Below, piece by piece: positions 1 to 13,320 of a DNA stretch of 58,444 nt; position 1 is the stretch's first letter; every line of letters begins with the position of its first letter. This DNA comes from Chromera velia (taxonomy: Eukaryota). The stretch spans positions 1 through 58,444 of the forward strand of contig JAHBMJ010000053.1 of assembly GCA_018398765.1 (NCBI GenBank), given 5' to 3'. Under the pieces are notes generated by a model. The model was not told where the DNA came from. It worked only from the letters and a program-made list of their open reading frames with translations, and ran no database searches. Both the position numbers and the translations under genes were made by a program.

Positions 1-612
1 AAAATTCTTCTGGAAAAGATGCAATGAGGAGGAAGAGGAGAAGAGAAACTTAACCTAAGAGAGCAAGGTATCATGCTTTCGTAAGGCAGTGCGGTCGGGG
101 CAGCAAGAAAAATTGATGCAGTGGAGTGCAGAGGGAGCACCTCGTCTTGATTCATAAGCAGATCGACTGAAGTATAACCTTGAACCCCAAAGCAGGGAAA
201 TCCCTCCTTCACCGTTTGAACGTGTGTCTGATAGGCAACATACAACAACAAGTACGTTCCCAATGGAGGCTGTCTCGCAATCTTTATACATGAAGTCTCG
301 GGACGAGACTTATGAGGGGAGGGGCACGTAGCATTATGATGGGGTCAGGAATCCATGCAGTGCGCGCATTACGAGCGTAGTGGAGAACATGCATTAATGA
401 TTAGAAAGCATGCATGCGGAAGTAAAGCTTTATGTAGAAGTAGCAGTCTTTGTAGGGAAAGCAAAGTAGAAGTGAAGACTCATGTATGACAGTACTTACC
501 CTATATGAACTAAGAGGAGATCTCTTAGGACGGTAGGAGCCTAGCTTCCCTACATAAAGTACTGGCAGTGAAGGCTTAAAGTAGTTTAGAGTAGAGTGAA
601 AGTCTCTACAGG

Positions 613-2311
613 CTGATCCTAAGGGTGATCCTAATAGTTTTAAATTTTTAAATAAAGTGATGACACCTCCACTTTAACTGTAAACTTTAAAATTTTCCCT
701 TTAAACACTTTAAAACTACCCTGCAAAGAACACGTTTTCTTTTAGTTTTAGTGTTAGTAGAGTATGGGGAGAAGGAACATACTTTCGGTGCCTACGGATA
801 CCTATGAAATTTGATGAAGTACCTATCCTAGTGGATCAATAAGACCTCCTACCTGCTCTCGTGAGCAATACCTCCGTTGGAGCAACTTGGTTCCCCACTT
901 AACAGTAAAGTAACTCGGCTTCCTTCATCACTAGTCTAAGAACAATGCAGCTCTCTATCTAGGTCTGTCTAATTCTGTCTGGTAATTCTGTCTACCCTCT
1001 GAAACCCTAACAATTACCCCCCAAGGGAGATTATGTTAGACTGCATCTCCCGAGTCAAACATTGCTTTCTGAAACAGTGCAAGACTACGAAGAGACAGTG
1101 ACCCAACGCACTTCTACATTTGCGGTCCACTCGATCATTCACTCCACAAGGCTACACACATTTCTCCAGTACACCCTCCATCTTTGAGAGTTCTTTCTAA
1201 AGCACTAAAGAGATTGCACAACAGAGACCACTGACTGCAAAACTTTCTTTCTCTTTTGATACTGAGCTTGAGAGGTCTCGTATAGCTGAAACTAGCTCTC
1301 GACCTCTTCGAACTATTCATAATTGCCCTTCCTTTCTTCATTTTTCTATCTTCCTTTCTCTTCTTCCGAAAAGGCCATCAGTAGAAAAGAAAAAAAAAGA
1401 GGAGGCTACGCCAAATAGACACTTTTTAACCTCCACGTTACCTCACAGAACAGAATTAAAAGGCAAGAAGACATACCAAACCAAATATGTCGATCACCTT
1501 CACCTCCGATCTTCTCTTCCACCATACAAGCCATCCATCGACCTGCCATGAATCACTTACAAGAACAACAAGGAAAAACAAAGCCCTAAAACGTCTGTCT
1601 AAACCTCCTCTACCACCCTGCTCGAAGAGCTACAACCGTCTCTCCCACTGATTCCTACTGCAGGATCCGAATTCAGTGAATGACAATAAATGCATAAAGG
1701 TGCAGTGCCACTCCTATCCACTCCCAACTCATACCTTTGCACCCAGGGCATAAGGCTCCTCAAAGCAGCAACCCACTCCACGTTGTCCAGAAAAGAAGAA
1801 TAGCAGGACTAGCAAGGGCCGATATCGCAAGTCTTTTTTCCGAGCCTTCTATCTCCTTCTTCATCTGAACTACACTGCCACTGCTACCTTCATGTTGAAC
1901 CTTTCTGCATCTCCGCCACACTCACAGCAGCTTCTCAACGATCCTCGCAGCAGCCCGCCTGGAGGAGCATCAATGTTAGAGTATGGCGAGAAGGAACACA
2001 CTCTCGATGTCTACAGAATCTGATGAAATACCTATCCTAGTGGATCAACAAGACCTCTTACCTGCTCTCGTGAGCAACACCTCCGTTGGAGCAACTTGGT
2101 TCCCTACTTAACAGTAAAGCAACTCGGCTTCTTTCATCACTAGAGCAATGCAGCTCTCTATTTAAGTCTGTCTACCCTCTGAAACCTTATAACATTTAGT
2201 TTTAACTTTTTTTTTCTTTAATTAAGTGTTTTAATGTTTTAAATTATTTATTTAAAGTGAAATCATCGTCACTTTAATGTAAATAAATATATTGGGATCA
2301 CTAGGGATCAC
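613..2311. repeat. Degenerate inverted-repeat (foldback/MITE-like) element interrupted by the LTR element
   Basis: 613-677 (TGATCCTAAGGGTGATCCTAATA...TAAAGTGATGACACCTCCACTTTAA) matches the reverse complement of ~2252-2311 (GTGATCCCTAGTGATCCCAATA...TAAAGTGACGATGATTTCACTTTAA). Confidence 0.55.
752..2194 (-). mobile_element. Non-autonomous LTR retrotransposon (TRIM-like or internally deleted derivative)
   Basis: Direct repeats 752-1012 (TGTTAG...CTAACA) and 1974-2194 (TGTTAG...ATAACA). Exact 5-bp TSD TTTAG at 747-751 and 2195-2199. A C-run at 1017-1022 gives a G-tract next to the LTR on the minus strand (PPT-like), which sets orientation. The ~960-bp interior has no intact gag/pol ORF. Confidence 0.9.
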
Positions 2312-3242
2312 TCCTAGCTGATCAGACGCCAAAAATCGTCAAAATAGCCATAACTAGCCCGATCTAGCCTAGTTTTTCTCTAACTACTATTATTGACTAT
2401 TATTAATTTGTAGACTGTAGATGTATATTCACTTACTTTCACTGCGCCTAACTACTATTTTGCTGAATTTTACTGCATTGTTTTTGCCACCGTTCTTCAT
2501 AAATCTCTTCCAATCTTCCTACATTTTAAATTTTTTTGGCATTATAATTTGGAATGCTGACGTAAGATGCTAGAGGTAATGCGGCGTACCAATAACTCCA
2601 TCTATTCGGCGCCGCAGTCTGCATATCCCAATGGTAAAAAGTCTCTTTTATTTTATTTTTCCGAATTTTTCCAATATTTTCCAACCAATTATATACCATT
2701 TTTTCCAGATTTCGAGTGTGCGTACATTAGCGTACATTAGCCTACATTGGTGTTACAATACTATAGTCCACAATTGGGTTTTGTTATGCATCTAATTTTG
2801 CCGTGACCTCGAAGTTCTAACTTGGGCGAGCAGCTTGACAAAAGACAAAGTTTGTGCAGTACATCTTCCGCAACGCGCACATTCTCGCGTGAATCGGTGT
2901 GATTAAATCAATTTGAGTTTTTCATAAGTTTTTCACAAAGTTGGAGGAATTTACGGGGAAATTTTCAGTTCTTGTGAATTAAATTTGAGTTTTTCTGGAA
3001 GCGTGCGCTCGAACAACTCCATGCATTTTTGTTTCGTGACGTCCGCGTTGGAAACGAAGAACAAAAGAAAAGAAAGTAAGTCGATTGTCGGACAAGAGGT
3101 CAAGAAATTCATTTTCTCGGACTCAACTCGTATCAAGACAGCATCCTCAGAAGAAGCCTGTGTACAAGCGCCGCCCTCTACGTGTCCTAAGCGAATCTGT
3201 CCGTTTCCACCGACAAACGCTCAAGAACAGTTATCAGCAGAG

Positions 3243-4373
3243 ATGTTCGCCGTCCGGAGACAAGCTGCGCCGGCGTTTTTCGCTTTGGTCTGTCGTCGCG
3301 TCTTTCTCTGGTCCCCCTTCCCATCTGTCTCTGTGTTTGGCGCCCCTCTTGTCCATTAATGCATGCTTCGCTACGTCATCTTTCTCGTTCCTCGTCCGAC
3401 TGTTCCGCCATTTTACTTTCTCCTTCATCTCTCCCGTCTCCTCCAAAGCCCTTCCTGTTTTGCACTTTTCTGTTTCGTCTCGCACATCGCCATTTTGCTC
3501 GCTTCTGCGCTTTGTTGCCCTTTTGCTTGTTCGACGCACCCCCTTCTGCTTTCTCCACTGAGCGCTTCTTCGCCCTCTGTGTGATCGACTCCCCACTGCA
3601 GCAAGCGAGACGGTTCCTGAACCTCCACGAATACCAGAGCAAGGCGCTGCTTGGAAAGTTCGGCTTGAATGTCCAAAAGGGTGAGTGGGATCCGCGGAGA
3701 GCTGGCAGACGGCTCTCGGGGAGAATAAAAGGGAGTGTAAAACACACATACCTGGTGAATTGTCGGATGCATCATGCTCTCCGCCTGTGTCCAATGTCTC
3801 TGCAAGTTTCTGCCTGCGAAAGTGCGTGTATGACTGCGCCTTTGCATTCTGTACCTTGGCTCTGCAGGTGCGGTCGCCGCCAATGCAACAGAAGCTCGGC
3901 AAGGTGTGTAACCGCCTCCCGCTCCCTCTGTGTCTGGCCCGTCGATCTGTATGTGTGTGTGTGCGTGTGTGTGTGTGGGTGGGTGGGTGCGTACAGAGGA
4001 GAAAGGCAAGGTTTCCTCTTTGATCGACCCCCATTCTTGTCTGTGCATTTGTTTGCGTTGCCCTGTTGTCCCTAGGGCTAGAGCGATCGCATGAGAAAAA
4101 AGGCGAAGGAAAATACAGGACGGGTTGTCTGTGTGTCTCTTTCCGCGTGCCTGGGTGTGTCTGCCTGCATTTCAGCATCTGAGGCAGAGCTCACCAAGGC
4201 CCGTCTATTGAGAGCATTGGAGTCTCTTCATGTACCTACTGCTTGTCTGTCTGGAACGAGAGCTGACTGATTTTGCCTGTCTGTGTATCGTTTGCATGTC
4301 CTCTGCATGCAGTTGCCGAGAGGCTGAAGACTGAGGGCGCAAAAGATCTTATTCTCAAGTCCCAAATTCTCGC

Positions 4374-4432
<59 letters not shown>

Positions 4433-6468
4433 GGAATGGGCGTTTGTGCGTGTGAGTGTGTGTGCGTCTGTGTGTATCTGTGGACTTGTGTGTGTTCTGT
4501 GTCCGTGTCCGTGTGTCGGGTTTCTTCCTTGTCGGTCGAATCGTTGAGGCGGGCAGACAGGCAAGCACGCAGGAATGCAGGTGGGCCCTTCTTTTTTGTC
4601 GTCCTGTCTTTGCGAGGCCATTTTGCGGGATGAAGATTTCCCCCCAAGTTCTCTTGACGGCCTTCTCCGTCTTCCTGTGTTCGTCTGAATCTGTGTCTGT
4701 CTGCTTGTACACCGGACTCCTTCTGTGTCTCTTCTTCAGGAGGGCGCGGCAAAGGAACTCTTTCGAGTGGTCTGAAGGGGGGAGTCAAGATCTGTGCAAC
4801 GTCAGCCGTCCTGTATTTATCTTTTCCACGCATCTGTTCATGCGGGTGTGCCCGCCCTTCTTGCTTCGCCTTGGAAGAAAACTTTCGTTTATCGCTCTGT
4901 CTCTGGGCGTGAGAACGAGGAGAGGAATGTGAGAGAAAGAGAAAAGAATGCTGCTCTCTCTCTCAGTACATCGCCGTCCCGTGTTTACTTGCTGGCACGC
5001 CTCTTGGACCCATACATTCAGTAGGGCAAAACGGTTCAAAAACGGTCCCCAATTTTTAACCGAAACGGGGGGGTTCCTTCCTTCCTTCCTGCATTCCTTC
5101 CAGGCCCGATGAAGTGGAGGGATTCGCAAAGCAGATGGTTGGGTACAAACTCATCACTCATCAGACAGGACCTGAGGTGAGTCTTTTCCTTTCTTTTCTT
5201 TTCTGCTCTTATCTTTGTCTCTGTTCTCTCTCATTTTTGTTTTTGTTTGGTCATGTTTCTGATAAGGGAAAAGAATCTTGACTGTTAGGGACTGCGTGAT
5301 TTGTTTTGGTAAAGTTTCAACAGGAATTCATGGACTGGCTGTTAGCACTTTTTCTTCTTCTTTTTCTCTTCTTCACATTGTCTTCTTTTCTGGAGGCTCA
5401 ACACGCAAACAAACCGGCCTGTGTTTGACATGAAGTCTTAGATTGAGTGAATGCTCGAGTAAGTGAATGAGTGATTGCGTGAGTGAGTGCAGGGCCAAAA
5501 CGTGAACAAGGTGTTGGTGCATGAGGGTGTAGACATCGTGAAGGAACTCTACTTGGCCATTGTCCTCGACAGGTCTGTCGGCAGGGAGGCAGACAGGAAG
5601 GGAGGTCTCTCTCTCTGTTTTTTTTTATTCCCCGATGTCCTCCCTCCCTCTCATGAGGGAGGGTGGGTGGGTGTTTTTGTTCCCTGTCGGCAGAAGCACT
5701 CGGTCTCTTCTCTGCAGACCCGGAGTAGAGAAGAGACTCGTACGGGGTCGCGTTTTGTTTGTCCGGCTGTTTCACATTTGAAGCGCTACGAGAGCCTCTG
5801 TTTTTTCCCCCTTCAAACAGTAGAATTTTTGCACTGAAAAATGATCCGTTTTGAAAACGAAAAGATGATGGAGTGATTGATGTTGTCTTTCCTTCATTCC
5901 CCCTCACGCAAAGAAAGGAATTAATACATCATTTGTGCATTTATGCCTGCAGGAAGTATGGGGGTCCTGTGTTGATTGCCTCCAAGGAGGGAGGAATGGA
6001 CATCGAGGAGGTGGCAGAGAAGAACCCGGACGCAATTCATTTGGTCTGTCTGGCCAACTGTTTGTCTGTCTGAGCCTCTGTCTGTGCATATATTCGTTTC
6101 ATGCATGGGCGGAAACGCAACTTGTGTCACTGATGGGATTTTCGGGAGGGGTTGTGCGGGGGGATGGAAGCATTTGCGAGTTTGACTGAGAGTCGGGGAT
6201 CTCGAATCAAGTTTTGTTCTTCTTTGCGCAATGAGCTGGCTACTTAATCCTGTTTCCTTCTTTTTCCTGCCCTGTCCTACAAATGTGTGTAAGGGACTGT
6301 GCAAGATAGTCCATGATGTCGTGGAGTTTGCTCTGCGAAGCTGTTTAGGCGGGTTTGTTTTTACCAAGGGGGCGGATGAGCTCCCAATGTGCTATCCCGT
6401 CTGCTGTCAAATGCGGGTGGACGAAAGGGTGCAGCCATTCTCCGTTTGAGTCTAGATCGATTGTACAG

Positions 6469-6503
<35 letters not shown>

Positions 6504-6895
6504 GTGCGTCTGCCTGTCTGTGTGTTTCCTTCAGTTTCCCGTGGACATCGTGAACGGAATGGACAAGTCCACCGGCCTGAAGGTTGCCGACGCACTCGGA
6601 TTCACCTCCGAGGCCCAGAAGAACGAGGTGGCGGCGCAGGTGGAGAAGCTGTACAAACTCTTCTGCGACACCGATGCCGTGCAGGTGGTCAGTCAGCTAG
6701 AGAGTGGGATGATCGTCCCTCCATTCGAATGCTCTATCTGCATGGGGTCTTGTGCTCATGTCGAAACGGAGAAAGAAGGTACGAAGGGAAGTCTGGAAAT
6801 ACGAGCAAATGAACGAACGAAGGAAAGAAGGGGAGGATCACACAAACGGACACGCAGCAACAGAGAAAGGTAGAAGATGGGAGATTCGAATGTGC

Positions 6896-6943
<48 letters not shown>

Positions 6944-9900
6944 GTATGTCCACGTCTCTTTGATCCCGTCTTTGTGTTCTTTGTGCCTCGCCAATTTGAC
7001 TTTCCCCCTCGACGCTGGCCGAATGGTATGGCTGCTGCAGGAGATCAACCCGTTTGCGTTGACAGATACTGGAGACGGTCAGTGGGCCTGCCTGCAGAAG
7101 CAGTTGCTGTTTACCCTCTTTGTCCTCTTCTTCCTTCCTCCCTTCGTCTCATGTTTGTTTTCCCTGTGTCAAGCGCTGTCTGGAAATGTATGGGTTCATC
7201 AGTCGAGAACCAAATGCAGCAAGCAGCAAGCCCATTCGGCACATCGATCTGGCCGTCTCTCTGCAGAGTTGCCGTCCTTCATCCTCTTCTCTGGTTTTCC
7301 CTACCTTCTCTTTTTAGAAATGTGTGCGTTCTCAGCATGTTTACGGCCCCTCTGTCTATGCGTCTGTGTGCACCCTCCCTCCCCCCCATTCATGCATGCA
7401 CGCGTGCGTGCAGTGTACTGCGTCGATGCAAAGATCAACTTCGACGACAATGCGGCATTCCGTCAGAGGGAGCTCTTCGATCAGGAAGGTGAGTCATCAG
7501 AGGGAAAAAAAGGGATCAGTGCGTCTCCCTCCCTGCATGCGCTTCTTTGGAAGGGCATGTCGCTCGCTCACGTGCATACTCGCTCTGCTTTGGAGGACCA
7601 GAGCGTGGGAAGGCAATCGTTTGGGCAGAGAAAAAAAGACTTTTTGACCTTTCTTTCTTTTCCTTTGTGCCCGTCCTCTCCTGGCCGCCTTTTCCCCCTT
7701 CAAGCAGCCTCTCTTCTTCCCTCCCCCCCCCCATGTCTGCAGACGAGGACACCAAGGACCCCAGAGAGGCCGCAGCAGAGAAGCATGCACTGAACTACAT
7801 CGGCTTGGATGGAAACATCGGCTGTCTCGGTCAGCTTTTAGATGGATGGATGCATGGCTGGATGCGCAGGGATGGAGAGGGAGAAACGCGGACATGAAGG
7901 ATCAGACACGAGCAAAGGCAGGGCGCCAGCAGAAGGGACGGAGACGGGTGCGAGGGACACTTGGGGAGGCCTCAGCGTGTCCGGACAAACGTTCGTCGGA
8001 CTCGTGTCTTGCAGAGCCTCCTTAATTGTTTTGTTTGATTGCCGCATGCAGTCACAAGACAGGTTGACAAGCGCTCTCCTCTTTTCTCTCTTCTGGTTGT
8101 CATTCCCTGCAGTGAACGGTGCCGGTCTTGCGATGGCAACGATGGACATCATCCAGCTGGTCAGTCAGTCAGTCAGGTCTCTCAAATATTCGGGATTCGT
8201 CGACTGTTTGAGTGCTGGGGAGACAAGATTTCCCACAGGCATTGCTGCGGAAGAAAAGAGACTGTCAGGTATCTTTTGGAGCTGTGGGCAGGGATACAGA
8301 ACTGCAGCGATCCGTCGTGGGCCTCTCTTGTCTGACCCTTCAGGTGTGACCTAGCTCATGCATGTGAATGCATGCATGTGCCTTCTCTCCCTGTTCCTCC
8401 CCTCCTCACTTTTCGACTGCAGCACGGAGGCACACCCGCCAACTTCCTTGACGTCGGCGGTCGGTCTTTCTGTCTGTGCGGTTTCTGTCGTTTCTGTCCT
8501 TTCAGTCGGAGTGAGAAGGAGAACCAGAGTAGGCAGGCAGAAATAACGAGAGCTAAGGAAAGTGGGAAGGAGCCAGTAGAACAAGAAGGCGTTTTGTCTT
8601 TCTCTGTGTGTCGCTTATCTGAATCCCGACAATCAAGATCTCATCATAGAGAGCGCAGAGTCAGAAACGAGAAAGAAAGATCTTCTCGTGCTCCTCGGTA
8701 TCCTGGATGGAACACGAGGCGTCGTTGTCTGGCCTTCTGTCTGAGCTCGACATCATCACGGGAAGGAGTTTTTCGCCCCTTTCGTCTTCTTCCGTTGCTT
8801 TTTTTTGTGTGTGTGTTTCTTCGTTCTTTTTCTCTTCCCGATTGATTTGGACTTCATTTGCGTTTCCGCCTTTCTTCTTTCTGCACACACCCTCGACCGA
8901 CGGCTGAACGAACAACAGGGAGCGCGAACAAAGACCAGGTCGCAGAGGCCTTCCGAATTCTTCAAGGAGACCCTCAGGTAGGGAGGCGGAAGCAGAGAAG
9001 AGAAAGCAACAAGGGCAGGGTGGGAAAGGGAGTAGAGATGCAAAGACGGGAGGGCGAGTGGATCCAGGGGAGGTGTCTTTTCTCTCTGTGCTGCTGCGTG
9101 ACTGGAAGGGGTAGTTGGTGATTCGATCGAGATGAAACATTGAGCGAGCTGTCATCGGTCCTCTCTTGACGTACCATTCCATTGGACTCTGTTGCAAGAA
9201 CACAGTTCATTGGTTGAATGAACATCGCCCATGTGCTCCCCACGCTCCAAAGAGCAGAAGTAGAGTCCATTCAAGCGATCGTACTGTGTGTATGTCTAAG
9301 CCCATGGTGGTGCGGTCTCTCCGACGTGCTTCACTCGTTTCCCTCCCCTTCTTCCTTCCTTCCTTCCTTTGTTCAGGTGAAGGCCATCCTCGTGAACATC
9401 TTCGGTGGAATCATGAAGTGCGACACCATCGCTTCAGGTCGGTCGAATCAGAAGTCAAATTGCCCAGTGGAACGAATTGAATGAGTGGAGCGGCTACGCA
9501 TTGGGCGAGTGAGAGGGATAAAGAAGAAGGGGATCGAAAGGGTGCAGAAGAGACGAGAAAAGGCAGAGGGCAACTCTGCAAAGGCAGACGGAGACACCAA
9601 GAGGTGAAGTTCCTATTGCCTTATTTCTCCACTGCCGTCTGCGTGTGTCTGCAGGAATTCTTGCGGCCGCCCAGGCTGTCGAGCTGAAGCTTCCCCTGGT
9701 GGTCCGATTGAATGGTTGGTCGGTTCGTCTCTTCAGTTAGATCAAAACCTTTGAATGCCGACAGGGGAGCCGTGCAGGATCAATTTCCAAACTCACGCAC
9801 CCGCCCCCCGGTCTTTTTGCTGCCGGAATCTCTTTCCGTTGCGTCATTTTCGTTGGTTGAGGTCTGATTCCATCTGCGTCCTCCTTCAGCCCATCTATGT

Positions 9901-10060
9901 ACGCGTGTTTCCCTGCGCGCGAGTGTACATGATTGGAAAAATGGCTGCAGGGACAAACGTTGACCTGGGAAGGAAAATCCTGGCGGAGAGCGACGTGAAG
10001 TGTCAGGTGATTGACGACTTGGACGAGGCTGCCAAAGCGGCAGTGGCAACCCTGAGCTGA
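3243..10060 (+). CDS. sucC: Succinyl-CoA ligase (synthetase) beta subunit, mitochondrial; 18 exons
   Basis: Phase-consistent GT-AG exons: 3243-3287, 3602-3680, 3868-3903, 4313-4375, 4740-4800, 5104-5176, 5493-5572, 5953-6043, 6535-6687, 7041-7077, 7414-7488, 7743-7829, 8113-8159, 8423-8459, 8919-8977, 9377-9437, 9655-9714, 9951-10060. Hallmark motifs [81 protein letters not shown] and VVRLNGTN. Presequence-like N-terminus [20 protein letters not shown]. Confidence 0.96.
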
Positions 10061-11698
10061 TCCGTCCTGTCGGATTCAATTCACATGAATGAAATTCAGT
10101 ATCTGCAATTGGCTGTCTGTTCGTCTCATCGCATGACTGCTTGACACATGTTCCAATGGAGAGAGGGAGCGAGCACGGAAAGTAAGTGAGGGCTTCTTCA
10201 AACAGAACGAAACGGAATGAAGCTGTTCTCTTCTGGAACAGCGCGTGAGGCATCATAATTCAGGTGGGGGACAGAAACGAAAAACCAGAACCTAGATGCA
10301 AGGGACAGTAACGGTGACAGTCACTTTGCGTCGTCGCACGAAGAAAAGAACGGGTTTATGGATGAATGAACACGACGTCGCAGCACAAGGTTAATACTAA
10401 TTTAAGGGCGGGCAGAAAGCCCGCAGGCAGAGCACATGAAGGAGGGGGCCCGTGCCCTCTCACTCTCACTTAGAAAGAAAGATGATCCGCGGAGAGAAAT
10501 GCAAAAAAGAAAGGGATTGTGGGGTTTTCTTTCTTTGTAGCAAGCACAGACCAGGGAGGGGACTGCAGAAGAAGTTTTTTGGGTCGAGCGACACAAAAAG
10601 CTTCATTGCGGTCGGGGCACTTTCCTCTATTTTTCTTCTCTTCTTTTCTCATACGTTTGCGTTCGGTTTCCTTTTTCGTTTTCCTGTTTCCGGGGCATTC
10701 GGCTCTCGAGATGTTCCTGGAATGTGACTTCCCCTCTGATAAAAAGACATGCCCGGTTTCTTTCTTGTGCGAGTGGGAGAGAGAGAGAGAGAGTGAATGA
10801 GTGAGTGAAAGGGGTGGTCAGTCAGTCACTTTTCTTTCCTTCTTTTCTTCTGGGAGACGCCCAGAGCTGAGCAAAATGTGGATCAAGAGCTGTATTTCTC
10901 ACATGGTCGTGCTTTCTTGATGCTGAATTCTTCGTGTTTGTTGTCCAAGTGCGGACAAAATAAGAATGAGAGCGGATTGCTAGTAGACGTGGGCGATCAG
11001 CCGCCTGTGGTGATCATCCATGGTCCTTTTCTTTCCCCTTTTCTCTTCACGTGGACGTATAACTGTGTTTTGTTCCGGTCAGGAAGCGCATCTACCTGCA
11101 GCATCTGATCGGTGCCTTCTCCTAGCTTCTGTCCTCCCCTCTTTTCTTCTTTCTGCTGGCTTTTATGATTTTCGCTCTCTGAGCAGCAGGCATCTAGAGA
11201 GCCGCGTGACGGTGAAGAACGTTGACTGTCTGGTTGCGTCGATCGGTGTATTCTCTTGACAAAAAGGCCACCACGAACGATGGGTTTCGTTCGCTACTCG
11301 TGAAGACTCATGGCGCGAATTGCGTCCTAGCTAATTCAAGCGTACTCGATGGAGTCCGTAACAGTCTCCTTTCAAATTGATGTTGGGTAGATCTGCCAAA
11401 TTCTTGGGGTCGATCAAGTCAGTGTCAACTTTAAAACAAAGAAAATGTTTCTTCTTTTGGTGTAAAATATTGATTACTAGACTAACTCAATCTTTGCTCT
11501 GACTATTGCTATCTAAATCAAGCTAATCAAACCTTTAAGCGTAGTACTACTTCAGTTCACTTGTTCTTCTACACCATTGTAAAACCAACGCCAGCGCTGA
11601 CAGCTGTTCACCATAAAGAATAGATAAAAAAATAAAAATTCTAATTATAGAATTTAAGACTAAGAATCAGTATTTTACTGTATATTTTGATTAAATTA

Positions 11699-12275
11699 CA
11701 CAGTACGGTTAGGAGTTACTACCGGGCCTCTTGGGGAGGCGGCGAGTTACCATCACTTTGGTAACCATGGGGCGGTAACTTAGGGGCCCAAGGGCCCCTA
11801 CCACTACCATGGTAGTTCGGGCCAAGACCCCGGCAAAGGATACAAAAAAAGCGTGACGCATGGATTAAAAAAAAATCTGTCTCCTTCAAATCCGTTTCAA
11901 CTTTCGAAAATCAATTTTTAAACGAAGGTCAACCTTACTTGTGGTCAAAATTATGGAATCGTTTCTCTTCTGTCCCCTGTCAGAGCAGACGGACAATTAG
12001 TGATAGAGTAATATCTCTGATATTATGATTATTATCTCAGATCTAAGACTTTAGCAACATTGATATAACAATGGTGTTTACTCTGTGGCCTTTGTTGATT
12101 GTAGATTTGATGGTAAAACTAGATAAAACAGGTTTAAAGATCACTAGTATTAGGAAAAATATGCAATACTACCACTACCATGGTCATCGTACTAAAAACT
12201 ACTACCGTAACCGTGAAATTGGTAACCCGGGCGGCCGCTAACCATCCTACTATCGTTACTCCTAACCGTACTATG
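11699..12275. mobile_element. MITE (Tc1/mariner-type, TA target site)
   Basis: TIRs CACAGTACGGTTAGGAGTTAC and, as reverse complement of the right end, CATAGTACGGTTAGGAGTAAC. TA on both sides (11697-11698, 12276-12277). Internal GGTAAC/GTTACC subterminal motifs; no ORF. Confidence 0.8.
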
Positions 12276-12465
12276 TAGATTGAATAATTAAAAACTGTAA
12301 CAAAATCTCATTGAAAAGAAAGTTTAAAAATGAAATGAAAAATCGGCTTATATTTAATTATTTATTTTTTTGTAAAATGTCCTCCGCCTAGATAATTGGG
12401 CGTGCCGTTCAGAATCACACTACTACTATGACTATATGAATATGACTATGACGCGCCATCGTCAT

Positions 12466-13320
12466 TAGTGCTAGGAAAAGGTTCAAGGTTCAAGGTTCAC
12501 TTCGAAGTAATGAACCTAAATCAGGTTTAAAAACAGGTTCAAAAACAGGTTCACTTTTAATTAATAGAAACCTCATTTTTTTGTGTTGTTTTATGCCTTT
12601 AAATTAGGCTTTAATGCATTTTTAGAACGTTTTATTATAGAATCTATGCCTTAGTAGTGTTTTTAAATAGTTTAAAACCGCGGACCCCAGCTACCGCGGG
12701 TGACACCCAAACATCTAGAATTTTTTTCAACAAAGAGAATGAAAAAGGGTTGTACAGTGAAAGAGGTCGGACCTATGGGTAGCCCTCTTGTAGCTGGGAG
12801 TTGAAAAAAAAAGATCCGGAAACGGCAGTAGCGGAAGCAAGCAGAGGGACTGCTGCTGGCACGAGTCTGAAGCAGCCCCTCCAAAAAGACATTATCAATT
12901 ACACTGTCGTGCAGACTGCTGTCAAACAAACTCTATACTTCCTCATTCCTTTAGTAGAGACTGTCTGTTTTGATACGGGGCCTTGTAAGTAGAAAACTTG
13001 GTAAGTCACGTGTACTTCTTCACTTCTGCAACCGTCAGCATGAATTTTCATGCTGACATATGATGCTGACATATGCTGACATGCGTCTGTCCAACATAAT
13101 AGATTGAACCGGCTGGGGACAGTTGCTGTACACGCGGCTCCGGCTCCTTATTTCACCTATATGGGCCGCAGGCGGCGCGGGCCTGGCCGGCCTTGTGCCA
13201 GTAGCCGCGCGTCTGGCCTCTAAAACAGGTTCAAAACAGGTTCAACAGGTTCAAAACAGGTTCAACAGGTTCACTTTTTCAGATTTGAACCTTTTCTCAA
13301 TGAACCTTTTCCCAGCCCTA
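12466..13320. mobile_element. Non-autonomous hAT-type DNA transposon
   Basis: TIRs TAGTGCTAGGAAAAGGTTCA / TAGGGCTGGGAAAAGGTTCA. Exact 8-bp TSD ATCGTCAT (12458-12465, 13321-13328). Arrays of (AC)AGGTTCA subterminal motifs near both ends. Confidence 0.88.

Noticed and set aside
3085..10256. Many overlapping ORFs on both strands, including HTHTHT/VCVCVC-rich ones
   Set aside because: They are read-throughs of introns, microsatellites and the antisense strand of the spliced succinyl-CoA ligase gene.
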